Origin: Squalus acanthias
Lineage: Eukaryota
Direction: 5' to 3'
Assembly: GCA_030390025.1 (NCBI GenBank)
Contig: CM059433.1
Coordinates: 11,162,001 to 11,226,000, forward strand
DNA length: 64,000 nucleotides
The notes under the pieces are model-generated. The model did not search any database, was not told where the DNA came from, and saw nothing but the letters and a program-made list of their open reading frames with translations. Shown piece by piece: positions 46,812-58,258 of this stretch; the first letter of the stretch is position 1; every line of letters begins with the position of its first letter. The position numbers were made by a program, and so were the translations under genes.

Positions 46812-47173
46812 AGAGAGAAAGGAAGACTTGCATTTATATAGCGCCTTTCACGACAACCGGACATCCCAAAGCGCTTTACAGTCAATGAAGTGGAGTCACT
46901 GTTGTAATGTAGGAAACACGGCAGCCAATTTGCGCACAGCAAGCTCCCACAAACAGCAATGTGATAATGACCAGATAATCTGTTTTTAGTGATGTTGATT
47001 GAGGGATAAATATTGGCCCAGGACACCGGGGATAACTCCCCTGCTCTTCTTCGAAATAGTGCCATGGAATCTTTTACATCCACCCGAGAGAGCAGACTTG
47101 GTTTAACGTCTCATCCGAAAGACGGCACCTCCGACAGTGCAGCACTCCCTCAGCACTGCACTGGGAGTGTCAG
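46812..47173 (-). mobile_element. Deu-domain SINE, 5'-truncated
   Basis: Colinear with the other copies. Confidence 0.88.
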
Positions 47174-47348
47174 TTACTGCAGAAAGCAACGTGGTTCTGC
47201 TCATTCGTGAATCATGTCGTTACATTCTGTTGTAATGACTACTTCACAATAAATTATTTTGAACTGTCAGCAAATCTGAAAACTTCTTCAAAGCTCTATA
47301 GGGTAACAGTTAGTGTAATGATTTAACATTTCTGTTTAAAAAAATTAC

Positions 47349-48050
47349 AGGGACCTGGGAGTTAATGTGCATAGGTCCCTGAAGGTGGCAGGACATATTG
47401 AGAGAGTGGTTAACAAAGCATATGGGATCTGGGCTTCATAAATAGAGGTATTGAGTACAAAAGTAGAGAAGTTATGCTGAACCTTTATAAACGCTGGTTA
47501 GGCCACAACTGGAGTATTGCATCCAGTTCTGGTCACCACACTTTAGGAAGGATGTGAAGACCCTTGAGAAGGTGCAGAGGAGATTTATCAGAATGGTTCC
47601 GGGGATGGGGGATCTTAGCTACAAGGACAGGTTGGTGAAGCTGGATTTGTTTTCATTAGAGCGGAGGAGGTTGCGGGGTGATTTGATAGAGGTGTACAAA
47701 ATTATGACGGGCTTGGATAGGCTAGACGGGGAAAGGCTGTTCCCACTAGTTGATGGTACAAGGACTAGGGGACACAGATTTAAGGTTTTGGGCAAGAGAT
47801 AAAGGGGGGATGTGAGGAAAAACTTTTTTACGCAGCGAGTGGTGATGACCTGGAATTCGCTGCCGACGGAAGTGGTGGAAGCGGAGACACTCAATGTTTT
47901 CAAGGGGAGACTGGATGGGCACTTGAGGGAAATAAACTTGCAGGGCTATGGGGATAGAGCGGTGGAATGGGACTGACTGGATTGCTCTACAGAGAGCCGG
48001 CAGGGACTCGATGGGCCGAATGGCCTTCTGCTGTGCCGTTATGACTCTAT
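47349..48050 (+). mobile_element. CR1 3' fragment (tail resumes at 48941)
   Basis: Near-identical to 33848-34540. Confidence 0.92.
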
Positions 48051-48940
48051 GGGGGAAAATTCAGTTGGTTGCGCCTCCCGTTAGCGCCTTAAGAGGGCGC
48101 TAATGGGGCGCAAAGCATCTAGCGCCCAGGCGCGGCGAAGTTTGCGCCGCTCGCGAAATTAACTAGACATTTTGCGGCGGCACTAAACACTACCGCCACG
48201 ATCTCCTGCGCCGGCAGATCATGACGTCACTCGAGTGCACAACGCCCCGGTATCGCCCCGGAGCAGATATTGAGTGGCGCCCCCTGCCTTACCGCCTGAC
48301 GCTAGCAACGACAGGTTGAGGGGAGCGTTCTCCAGTCATGAAGGGAAAGGGGGAGCGCTATTTAAAGGTGACCGCTTCCTGCTTTTTATTGTTGGTGCCA
48401 TTTTTGAACTACGCATTCTGAGAGAGAGGGAGAGACTTCTGGAGAGATTCAACGTTGTGTGAAGGAGTTTTGGGTACTGAGCAGCACTTTGCAGGTTCAT
48501 TTTGATTTGCCATTCCTTGTATCGATTTAGCAGAGACTGTGGGGGCTGCACTCTGAGCTCTTTGCCTGGTACTCTCCATTGTTCTTTCCAGCACATTTGA
48601 TGTGCAGGTCTCTCCAGGCCGAGATTCAAGGCTGCAATGAGCAGGATATGGATGGAAAGCAAGATTAACCATCCCCTTTAAGAACTGGCCCGTGCCATTG
48701 TGTGTGTGTTCCATTGCTGACTGACATTACATGAGCTTCGCCAGCGCTCTGAGGTAGCGCCTCGCTCCTCGGCATTTGCGCCTTAAGACAAGTGTGAAGC
48801 ACCTGATATAGCGCTGCAATCACCTACAGGGGCGATAAAAGTCAAGTTTGCAGTCGGTGGCGATAATTAGCGCCAGGCGCTAATCTTTGCGCCCGGCCGA
48901 TAATTGCGCCCCAAATGGGGCGATACTGAATTTCTCCCCC
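48051..48940. mobile_element. Harbinger M2 element
   Basis: TIR gggggaaaatt / aatttctccccc, TSD TAT, inserted in the CR1 tail repeat. Confidence 0.92.
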
Positions 48941-49214
48941 TATGACTCTATGACGTCTGTCTATTTGATGTTAAGTAACCAATCCTGTGTAGATAGGTAA
49001 ACTGTGTCGTTACAATTCAAGGTCTGCTGATAACTCACTCAAGCTACACTCTCGAAGCTGATAATGTCATCAGCGTGCCTTGATTTAATGACAACTTTGC
49101 AATTCTCTTCCAAGCATGCATTATATATAATGTAAGAATTATTTGAAGCTAAATTTTGCCTCACTGATGTTGCTGATATTTTGCCATTTCCAAAGCTTTC
49201 TTTACTAGCAGCTA

Positions 49215-49345
49215 AGAACATGAGAAATGGGAGCAGGAGCAGGCCATATGGATCCTCGAACCTGCTCCGAGATGAGATCATGGCTGATCTTCTACATCGA
49301 CTCCACTTTCCTGCCCGATCCCCATATCCCTAGATTCCCTTAGTG
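49215..49345 (-). mobile_element. CR1 3' tail fragment
   Basis: taagaacatgagaaatgggagcagg..gatcatggctgatc. Confidence 0.75.
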
Positions 49346-49478
49346 ACCAAATTTTTGAAAAAAAATAGTATTTTATTTAACAGCAAGAATTTGCGACTGT
49401 CCCAAGACAGCCCCAAGAGCATCTTTATCAGGAAGAAGGTAAACAAGAAGCTCTTCCTACATCATTCACATACAATAC

Positions 49479-51827
49479 GGGGGGGAATTTTTCGGGGGTT
49501 TAGCGGGCGCGTTCGGTGCCGGATCAGGTGGGGAAAAATGTTTTTTGACAGTAGGTCGGGACCCCACTGTCAACTCGCTGCCACACGACTTTCCCAGATG
49601 TCAGGTCTGTCAGGGCTGAACAGACCCGACGCACAGCGGTGGGGGAGGCAATTCAGGTCATTATGACCTTGTTAACAGCCCATTAAAAAGTATTTTGAGC
49701 TCACCTTTAGAAACATAGAAACATAGAAAATAGGTACAGGAGTAGACCATTCGGTCCTTCGAGCCTGCACCGCCATTCAATGCGTTCATGGCTGAACATG
49801 CTACCTCAGTACCCCATTCCTGCTTTCTCGCCATACCCCTTGATCCCCTTAGTTGTGAGTGTTATATCTAACTCCCTTTTGAATATATTTAGCGAACTGG
49901 CCTCAACAACCTTCTGTGGAAGAGAATTCCATAGATTCACCACTCTCTGGGTGAAGAAGTTCCTCCTCAGCTCAGTCCTAAATGGCTTCCCCTTAATCCT
50001 TAGACTGTGACCCCTGGTTCTAGTTTTCCCTACCATTGGGAACATTCTGCCCGCATCTAATTTGTCTAAACCAGTCAGGATTTTAAATGTCTCTATAAGA
50101 TCCCCCCTCATTCTTCTGAACTCCAGAGGATACAAGTTCAGTTGACCCAATCTTTCTTGATATGTCAGTCCGGCCATCCCAGGAATCAATCTAGTGAACC
50201 TTCGCTGCACTCCCTCAATAGCAAGAATGTCCTTCCTTAAGTTAGGAGACCAAAACTGCGCAACACCAACATTTTACGAGGTCGCCCACGGGGTCCACGC
50301 TGCTCGGGGATCACGTCAGGTAAGGGGGTCGAGAGTTGTATGACCATGGAATCATCTCATTACTTGACAGCTGCAAATGTGCTATAAAAGCTCCCATCTC
50401 ACAGCTGTTCACTTTCCAAGCTCAGAAGCTGTTGCTTACTGCATTTGGAAGACAGGTTGAGCTTTATGCAGGTTGCAAGTGTTTGGAGCAAACTCTCTAT
50501 CCAGTGTCACCTCATTGGAACAACCTCTCTCACCATTGACAGATCGCATCTGTCATCTCAAGTTCACCTGTCATCTATTACATCAGCATCGGTGCCCTTT
50601 ATACTCTCTCACCTTCGTCCTCAGAATCCCACCATGATCAGCCCCAACACCAGCATCACCCAGGCACAGCAGCAGCACCAACAACAACACCAACCTTCTC
50701 CGCAATCAACTGATACTGCACAGGACACAGGGCATCAGCACCTGACCACATTGCTGCCCGGGAGGCCAGGGATGGCCTCACCATGGCCAGATTTACTTCA
50801 CTTGACACTGTACACCCTGGCTGCCACATGATGCGCCAGGTTGACACCACCCACCAACACCATAAAGCATCCCTACAATGGCCAAGCCATTCCTTTCACA
50901 CTCATCACCATTGTGGGGGGGGGTACCGTTATGTCTCACCATTCACTGCAACTCACTAAGCCACTTCCAAAAGGTGCACACAAATCTGTCCAAAAACGCA
51001 AAGTGTTGAAGGTAAAGGTTTCAATGTTTGACACCACATTAACAGAAACTTTACATGAACATTGGCTAAAACACCCACGTGCCTACCCTTGTGTGTTGTT
51101 AGTTGGTATGATTGGACTAGGATGAGGGTGAGTGTGAGGGGTGGCTAGTGAGATGGGGAAGTGATAATGTAGAGAGAGAGGGATGGGTGGAGGTGCAAGG
51201 TAAGTTGGTGTGAGTAAGGATGTGCAGGAGTAGGATAGGGAAGGCAAAGTGATGGGGATGTGATGAGTGGCACAGCAGGATGAGGTTGAGTGTGGCTTTG
51301 CAGTAACGTTTTGTGATCTACTGAGATCATTGAAAGGTTTGCGGCACTGCAGCCTGGTCCTCCTGACAACATCCCTGCTTGTGCCCTCCTCTGCAATGTG
51401 CAACCAGGCTGCGTTGATCTCCTGGGGAGGTGTCTTCCACCCATGGGAAGGGAAGAGAACCTCCCTGCGTGCTGTGACTCCCTCCATAAGCATATGGAGG
51501 GCGTCATGGGAGAGCCTGGGTGCAGCCGTGCACCTCTGTGCAGTGCTTGTCAGTGTTTGCAGCACCTCAATGCTGTAGAACACTGACAGCACAAATGTCA
51601 AAATAAATTGGCGCATGGTCCCTTTAAGGAAACCAGCTGATGACGCGTCATCAAATGACGTCATCAGACCCGCTTCCTTCAATTGGCCGGCAAATGCGCT
51701 GGACATGCTTAACAAGCCCAATCAACATAAAATCATTCTACAGAGTGGGCTGGAGTCAGCAGCGGGGTCGGGATCTGCCACTGACGTCGCCCGACACGGG
51801 CACGCTGAGGTTGGGGAAATTGCGGCC
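49479..51827. mobile_element. Harbinger M3 derivative with Myb/SANT exon 1
   Basis: TSD TAC; minus strand RRTRLQCRKPFNDLSRS; highly similar to 41812-43050. Confidence 0.82.
49708..50262 (-). mobile_element. CR1 3' fragment nested in M3
   Basis: QRRFTRLIPGM..RGDLIETFK; (catagaaa) tail. Confidence 0.92.
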
Positions 51828-52791
51828 TACGTTGGTGTTGATACATTTCAAGCAGGAAATGTCAACCTAGTCTGTTGGTTAATTTTACAACAATGGAGGA
51901 GGAGCAAGTGTTGAAAATGCCACATTGGGCCAGATTTTGTTGTCAAGGTAACAGTGAGGCTAATGGCGCTAGTTGCTATGGCACAGCAACTTCAGCCGAG
52001 GGGCAGATGTGTGGTTCAATGTGAATATCCAAAAGTTGCTGTCTGAGATGCGTCATTCCGCCGTTAGCTTTGCATAAACAGAATCTCACTGACTGGCTCC
52101 CAATTGACATGCACTGAATGCCATGATATTGCTGTATTTGCTTGTCTGATACAAACTAAACTCACCACAGATATTTAGGGCTAGTAATTACAAGCGTAAT
52201 TACCCTTTTAACAACATGATAAGAGTTTGTTACTGCCAATCAGCTTCCCTGACACCGAAAATTAACTATTATAAGTGTGGAGTCTCATTCCTTCAGGTTG
52301 TGAATTGTTTTAGGAGATTTTAAAAATGTCAAATTTTTAGTTTTACCTTTTTTTTTCTTACTTTTCCTTTCTGTCTCTTTTTTCTCTCTCTCTTAATCCA
52401 ATCTTTCTTTCTCTCTCTTTATTTCTGTTTCTGTATCTGGTTTGACATTGAATTCACCCACTCTAATTCACCCTCCTTCTCAGTCCTTCCTCGGTTTATT
52501 TACCAATTTTTAAATCTCATTCGTTAAGGGGATACTCTCTTGGTTTCCCTGTTCACTCAGGTCTCAGATGCCCAGCTTTTCTCACTGCAACGTTATCAGC
52601 TCGCATTTTCAGTAACTGGTGGGTGTTAGCGGATTTTTTTGACATTGCTCCATTGGTAAATGGACTATTAGTACCCTCGTACTTTTCTTGGGTTAACCTT
52701 TTATTTCCTTTCCTCAGAGATTAGTTTGAACACTTCTTTGTAAGTGCTCTATTTTCACGTAGTATATTGTCTTTCCTTGCTCTTACCTTTG

Positions 52792-53747
52792 CCACTTGGA
52801 GTACTGTGCACAGTTCTGGTCTCCATATTATAAAAAGAATATAGAGGCAGTGGAGAAGGTGCATAAAAGCACACAAGGATGATAACAGGCTAAGAGGTCA
52901 TAACTATCAGGAAAGATTGAACAGGCTGGGGCTCTTTTCTCCAGCTGTGTTAGCCAGTGGCTCAGTTGGTAGCACACTTGCCTCTGAGTCAGAAGGTTGT
53001 GGGTTCAAGTCAAAATTAGGCTGACACTCCAGTGCAGTGCTGAGGGAGTGCTGCACTGTCGGAGGTGCCGTCTTTCGGATGAGATGTTAAACCGAGGCCC
53101 CGTCTGCTCTCTCAGGTGGACGTAAAAGATCCCATGGCACTATTTCGAAGAAGAGCAGGGGAATTATCCCCGGTGTCCTGGCCAATATTTATTCCTCAAA
53201 CAACATAACAAAAACAGATTATCTGGTCATTATCACATTGCTGTTTGTGGGTGCTTGCTGCATGCAGATTGGCTGCTACATTACAACAGTGACTACACTC
53301 CAAAAAAGTACTTCATTGGCTGTAAAGTGCTTTGATTGCAGTGGTCGTGAAAGGCGCTATATAAATGTAAGTCTTTCTTTCTAGGAAAGGGAAGGCTGAG
53401 GGGTGACCTGATAGAAGTTTTTACAATTATGAAGGGGCTCAATAGGGTAGACGTAGAGAAGATGTTTCCACTTGTGGGGAGTCTAAAATTAGGGGTCATA
53501 AATATAAGATAGTCGCTAATAAATCAAATAAGTAATTCAGGAGAAATTTCTTTACCCAGAGAGTGGTTAGCATGTGGAACTCGCTACCACAGGGAGTGGT
53601 TGAGGCAAATAGCATAGATACATTTAAGGGGAAGCTAGATAAGTACATGAGGGAGAAAGGATATACTGATAGGGTGAGATGAAGAGGGGTGGGAGGAGGC
53701 TTGCATAGACCAGATGGCCTGTTTCTGTGCTGTAAATTCTGTGTAAT
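52792..53747 (+). mobile_element. CR1 3' fragment interrupted by a SINE
   Basis: LEYCAQFWSPYYKK..GLFS|..RLRGDLIEVF. Confidence 0.85.
52943..53382 (+). mobile_element. Deu-domain SINE
   Basis: gtggctcagttggtagc head; gtctttcttt tail. Confidence 0.9.
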
Positions 53748-55357
53748 ATATCACAGGTAAGATTCTTCTATTATGGGACCTTTTTCAAGCTACTTGCATT
53801 ATGATCGATCACCATCTTGAAGACAAACTTTATTTATACAAAATATTGCTTATGTAGCATGGTGGTTGTCAAGGGTGCTGTCCTACACTCTTGTGATGAA
53901 TGTGCTCTCATTTAGGCACAATGGGGGAGAAATTGGGTGTCTTTGCACCTCCCGTTAGTGCCTCGGGGTGGGGGGGGGGGCTTTGCGACCGGGCGCGGCG
54001 CTAGTACCGACGGCCGCGAGATCGAGCTGGAAGTTTACGGCGGCGGTAATCACTCGTGCCACGATCTCCTGCGCCCGGAGATCATGACGTCATTGGGGTG
54101 CGCAGCGCCCCGGCTGAGAAATTCACTCTCGCCCCCTGCCTGAGCGCCTGCCGTTAGCAACGACCGGTACAGGAGGCGGTTTGCAGTCGGATGAACGCTG
54201 GAGGAGCGCTATATAAAGGGGCCGACTTCCGTTTGTTTTGTTGGCAAACAATGCTGCCCTGTCAGTTTGACACAAGCAGACTGTAGGGGGTGGTGTCTTT
54301 GTGTCAGCTTTACCTCTGACTTCTGAGCGGTTCGAATCGCTCCCACTCCCTTGGTTCTAGACCTTGGACTTATTTGGGGGTTGTGATACAAAGGTGCAGC
54401 AGACAACTGAGTTTGATGAAAGAACTTCAATCTTTATTAAAAGGTAAGGCACAAATAATAACACTCTTATCACTTTAAAGGTGGGGAACACTTTGGTACA
54501 AGCGAGGGAAATGACAGTAGGACAATACTTCACCCCTCCCAACCCCACTTTACTAGCTAAGTTAGGTTTTGAAGGACATGGGATAATGCTCACCAATCCT
54601 TTGACAGTTGGGCTAAATCGCGGTTTTGGGGTTCGCTGTTTATGGCGGTTAGTGTCTGCCGTACCCCGTACGCGGTAGAGGACTTCACCTGGATGTCTGG
54701 TCAGTCTTCGCGAGTCCGCTGATGCGGTAGGATGTCGTTATGGATTTATCTGGTGAGTACCCAATTTCTTGAGTTCAGCAGTAGGGTTTAGAGTCTTTGG
54801 GGAAAATCTTACCCAGGGGTAAGTCAGGAGTAGTTTGTAGTGTGGAAACTTTGCGATTCTTCGGGTTTTCTTCCCTGGAGTTGGTCTTTGTTGGTCGCGG
54901 TGGCCTGCGATTACCCGGTCAGTTGGGGGTAATGCGCGGTTGTTGGTTTCGTGAGGCCTTTGGTTTCTGCGGTGGCTTTAGGCCTTGGTTGGTGTGTCGG
55001 TCGACCTCGTGGAGACGTCGGTGACTGGTTGCTGCTTGTTGCTCTGGGTGGCTGTGTTGGGGCCATGGTTGGAGGTCCATCGAGGTGGTGTTTTCGCGAG
55101 CTGGACTCAGGTGTGTCTGAGTGGTGAGCGATGCCGACTCGCTTCCAGCTCGGGCCTTCTTCTTGGTCTCTCCTCTTCTCGCTGGCTCTCCTTCCTTCTT
55201 CTCTCTCCTGCTTCTCCTCGTGTGTGCTTGGTGGGCCTTCAATTATACAGAATTGAAGTGGCCTTATCTACCCGCCAAATCTGTTTAGTTCATTGTCTAG
55301 TTTTGGCGGGCTCGTAAATCGGTAACGATTTACTGGCACGTTAACTGGGTTTTAACA

Positions 55358-55562
55358 AAAGTGAGAAGTCGCACAACACCAGGTTATAGTCCAACAGTTT
55401 TATTTGAAATCACAAGCTTTCGGAGCTGCTGCTCCTTCGTCAGGTGAAGGGGCAGCAGCTCCGAAAGCTTGTGATTTCAAATAAAACTGTTGGACTATAA
55501 CCTGGTGTTGTGCGACTTCTCACTTTTGTCCACCCCAGTCCAACACCGGCATCTCCGCATCA
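55358..55562. mobile_element. Fold-back Penelope (family B) mini-insertion
   Basis: Inverted arms spanning ~55355-55529 plus a single-copy tail; TSD TGGGTTTTAACA. Confidence 0.88.
55410..55447 (-). ncRNA. Minimal hammerhead ribozyme (family B)
   Basis: UCAC CUGACGA A GGAGC-AGCA-GCUCC GAA AGCU U GUGA. Confidence 0.8.
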
Positions 55563-56253
55563 TGGGTTTTAACAGGCCTTCAATCTGACCCATTGAATAT
55601 GGCCTTATATTCCCACCAAATCTGTTCAGTTCATTGTCTGAATTTGGCGGGCCTGCTACCAGTAACTGCTCTGTAAGTGTCAAATGGGTTTCTGGGATGG
55701 TTTGCATCCTGTCGATTTTCTTGGCTGATTGCTGGTGATGGGTTTTGTGTTTTGGGTTCCTAGGCTGATCTATAGCCTAGTCCTGGGTGCTCTGTATTAT
55801 GCATGTTTCTTGAGGGGCCTTGTAATCGGTTTGATGGGACCTATTGTTTTGGGTAGGACTGTCTTCTCCTAGGGTCTATTGTCAAAATGTTAATGCATGC
55901 TGGGGCTTTGAGTGAGATCATCCCGGTTCCCCAGACAGTGCAATTAACTGCAATACCCAAACTGCTTTTACAGAGGTCGAGCCCAACTTCCTTCACAGCC
56001 TTTTCTCCCTTTACAGGCCCAGACATGTTTTTAAAATGCCAAAACTTGGTTTTGGTCTTAAATTCCTTATGTTAGGCCCAAATGCTTTTTTATCACTCTG
56101 AGGTAGTTCCAAAGTCCTTTTTCCTTAGGTTTTGGGGATCTGTAAATTTTGGAAACCCATTTGACCATTTTCAACTTGAAGGAGTATTCTGGCTGAGAAA
56201 AATGTATCGTTTTCATTTGGGTTACATTTGATAGTGCAACATTTCCATCATTT

Positions 56254-57405
56254 AATGGGGGCTGTACTGGCACTGGACCGCGCCCTCCAGCCTCACCATC
56301 GGAGGCAGCGGAGGCAGAGAGAAAGATTGCAAAACGTGGCCAGAGGAGGCCTTACTCTCCCAGGGTATTCCGGGAGCACTTCTCCTACATTCATCTCTCA
56401 GAGGAGCAGTTCCTTTGAAGGCGCCGCTTCAGCTAGGAGGTGGTCACAGAGATTTGCCACCTCCTGCAGCCAGAGCTCCAGCCTCAGCTCAGGACCAGGA
56501 CGTCTCTCTCAGTGGCAGTTAAGGTCACAGTCGCTCTCAATTTCTACGCCAGTGGCTCCTTCCACGCTTCAACAGGGGATATTGCAATCATTTCGCAGTT
56601 CGCCATCCATTGCTGCATCCAGGAGGTAACAGACGCTCTCTACAGAAGGAGAAGGGAGTACATCTCATTCCCCATCACCAGAGAGAAACAGGATGGACGC
56701 TCACGTGGCTTTGCAAGGACAGCGGGCTTCCCCATGGTTCAGGGCGCCATTGACTGCACCCACGTGGCATTGCGGGCACCTCATCACAATGCAGAGGTGT
56801 TCCATAATTGCAAAGGCTACCACTCTCTGAACGTTCAGTTGGTGTGCGACCACAGACAGCGCATCCTCGCCGTCAATGGCCGCTATCCTGGCAGCAACCA
56901 TGATGCATTCGTCCTGTGACAGACTGGTGTCCCAGCACTGTTCCACCCACCACATGGAGCTCGCGGCTGGCTGCTCGGAGACAAGGGTTATCCACTCGCC
57001 ATCTGGCTAATGACACCCCTCCGCAAACCCAACACTCCTGCTCAGCACGCATACAATGACAGTCATAGCACCATCAGGAACCTGATCGAACACACTATTG
57101 GGGTACTAAAGCAATGGTTCTGCTGCCTTGACCGCTCTGGAGGAGTCCTGCAGTACTCCCCTGATCGAGTCTCCCTTTTCATCATTGTGTGCTGCATGCT
57201 GCACAACCTGGCCATTCTGAGGGCCCAGCCATTGCCACCAGGGATTGCAGGTCCACCTCAGGAGGAGAAAGAGGGACAGGAGGAGGACGAGGCAGAGGAG
57301 GAGGATGAAGAGGAGAAGGAGCAGCAGCAACGTAGGAGGGAGTCATTCAATCTTGCTTCTGCAAGGGCCATTTGAGAGCGCCTCATTAGACACCATTTCC
57401 AATAA
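56254..57405 (+). pseudogene. HARBI1-like DDE transposase of H2, disrupted
   Basis: [69 protein letters not shown]; internal stops. Confidence 0.93.
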
Positions 57406-58045
57406 ATGATATATCACATGGCGTTTGCAAAGCACAACCACATCATTACATCCAGCTCGCAGTCCCTATCACCAGGCAAAGGTCAAATGAGAAACATCAC
57501 AAAATGTGCAACGTCAAATTAACAATTTAATATTGAACACAACTCTCTCTTATGAAACACAACTATTCATAAAGAAACACAATAATATATTTACAAACCC
57601 ATCAATTTATTAACACACACTACCCCCATTTGCTAATAAAGTATTCTTTACTCTCCCTTCTTCAATGATTTCCCTCCCCTTCTGAGTTCCCCCCTCCCAA
57701 CCCTACTGCTCCTCCGTAATGTGGCCCCAGTGGCTGCAGCAAGGCTGGTGGAAGGCTGCTGAGTCTGGGAGCCAGAGACTGCAAATGGCCTTGCAGGACA
57801 CCCTCGGCCAGCTCTGGGCCTGGAAGGCCCAGCTGCAGACTGCACCACCTCAGCATGGGCGGCAGCAGTCTGGGATGGCTGGGTTACAGGCTGCGGCAAG
57901 TGCAATGGCGGAGTGGCAGTGGTGGGAGCAGGAATGCTGTCATCATGAATGAGGTCATGATGCGGAGATGCCGGTGTTGGACTGGGGTGGACAAAAATGA
58001 GAAGTCGCACAACACCAGGTTATAGTCCAACAGTTTTATTTGAAA

Positions 58046-58083
58046 TCACAAGCTTTCGGAGCTTACACCCCTTCCTCAGGTGA
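58046..58083 (-). ncRNA. Minimal hammerhead ribozyme (family B)
   Basis: Reverse-complement twin of 58221-58258. Confidence 0.78.
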
Positions 58084-58220
58084 AGTAAAGAAATACAGAG
58101 TCGACAAAGTATATATAAATAGAGAACAATGCATGTGTAACTTACAATGTCTGCCATTGTAAGTTACACATGCATTGTTCTCTATCTATATATACTTTGT
58201 CGACTCTGTATTTCTTTACT

Positions 58221-58258
58221 TCACCTGAGGAAGGGGTGTAAGCTCCGAAAGCTTGTGA
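58221..58258 (+). ncRNA. Minimal hammerhead ribozyme (family B)
   Basis: UCAC CUGAGGA A GGGGU-GUAA-GCUCC GAA AGCU U GUGA. Confidence 0.78.

Larger units (their letters stand above)
54302..56226 (-). mobile_element. Long solo LTR (~1.7 kb excluding its nested insert) in the H2 leader
   Basis: TGT...ACA termini, 4-bp TSD TTTG (54298-54301 and 56227-56230), AATAAA on minus at ~54435, no coding motifs. Confidence 0.75.

Noticed and set aside
52955..53012. tRNA genes at SINE heads
   Set aside because: A/B-box tRNA-like heads continue directly into the SINE core; these are not standalone tRNAs.
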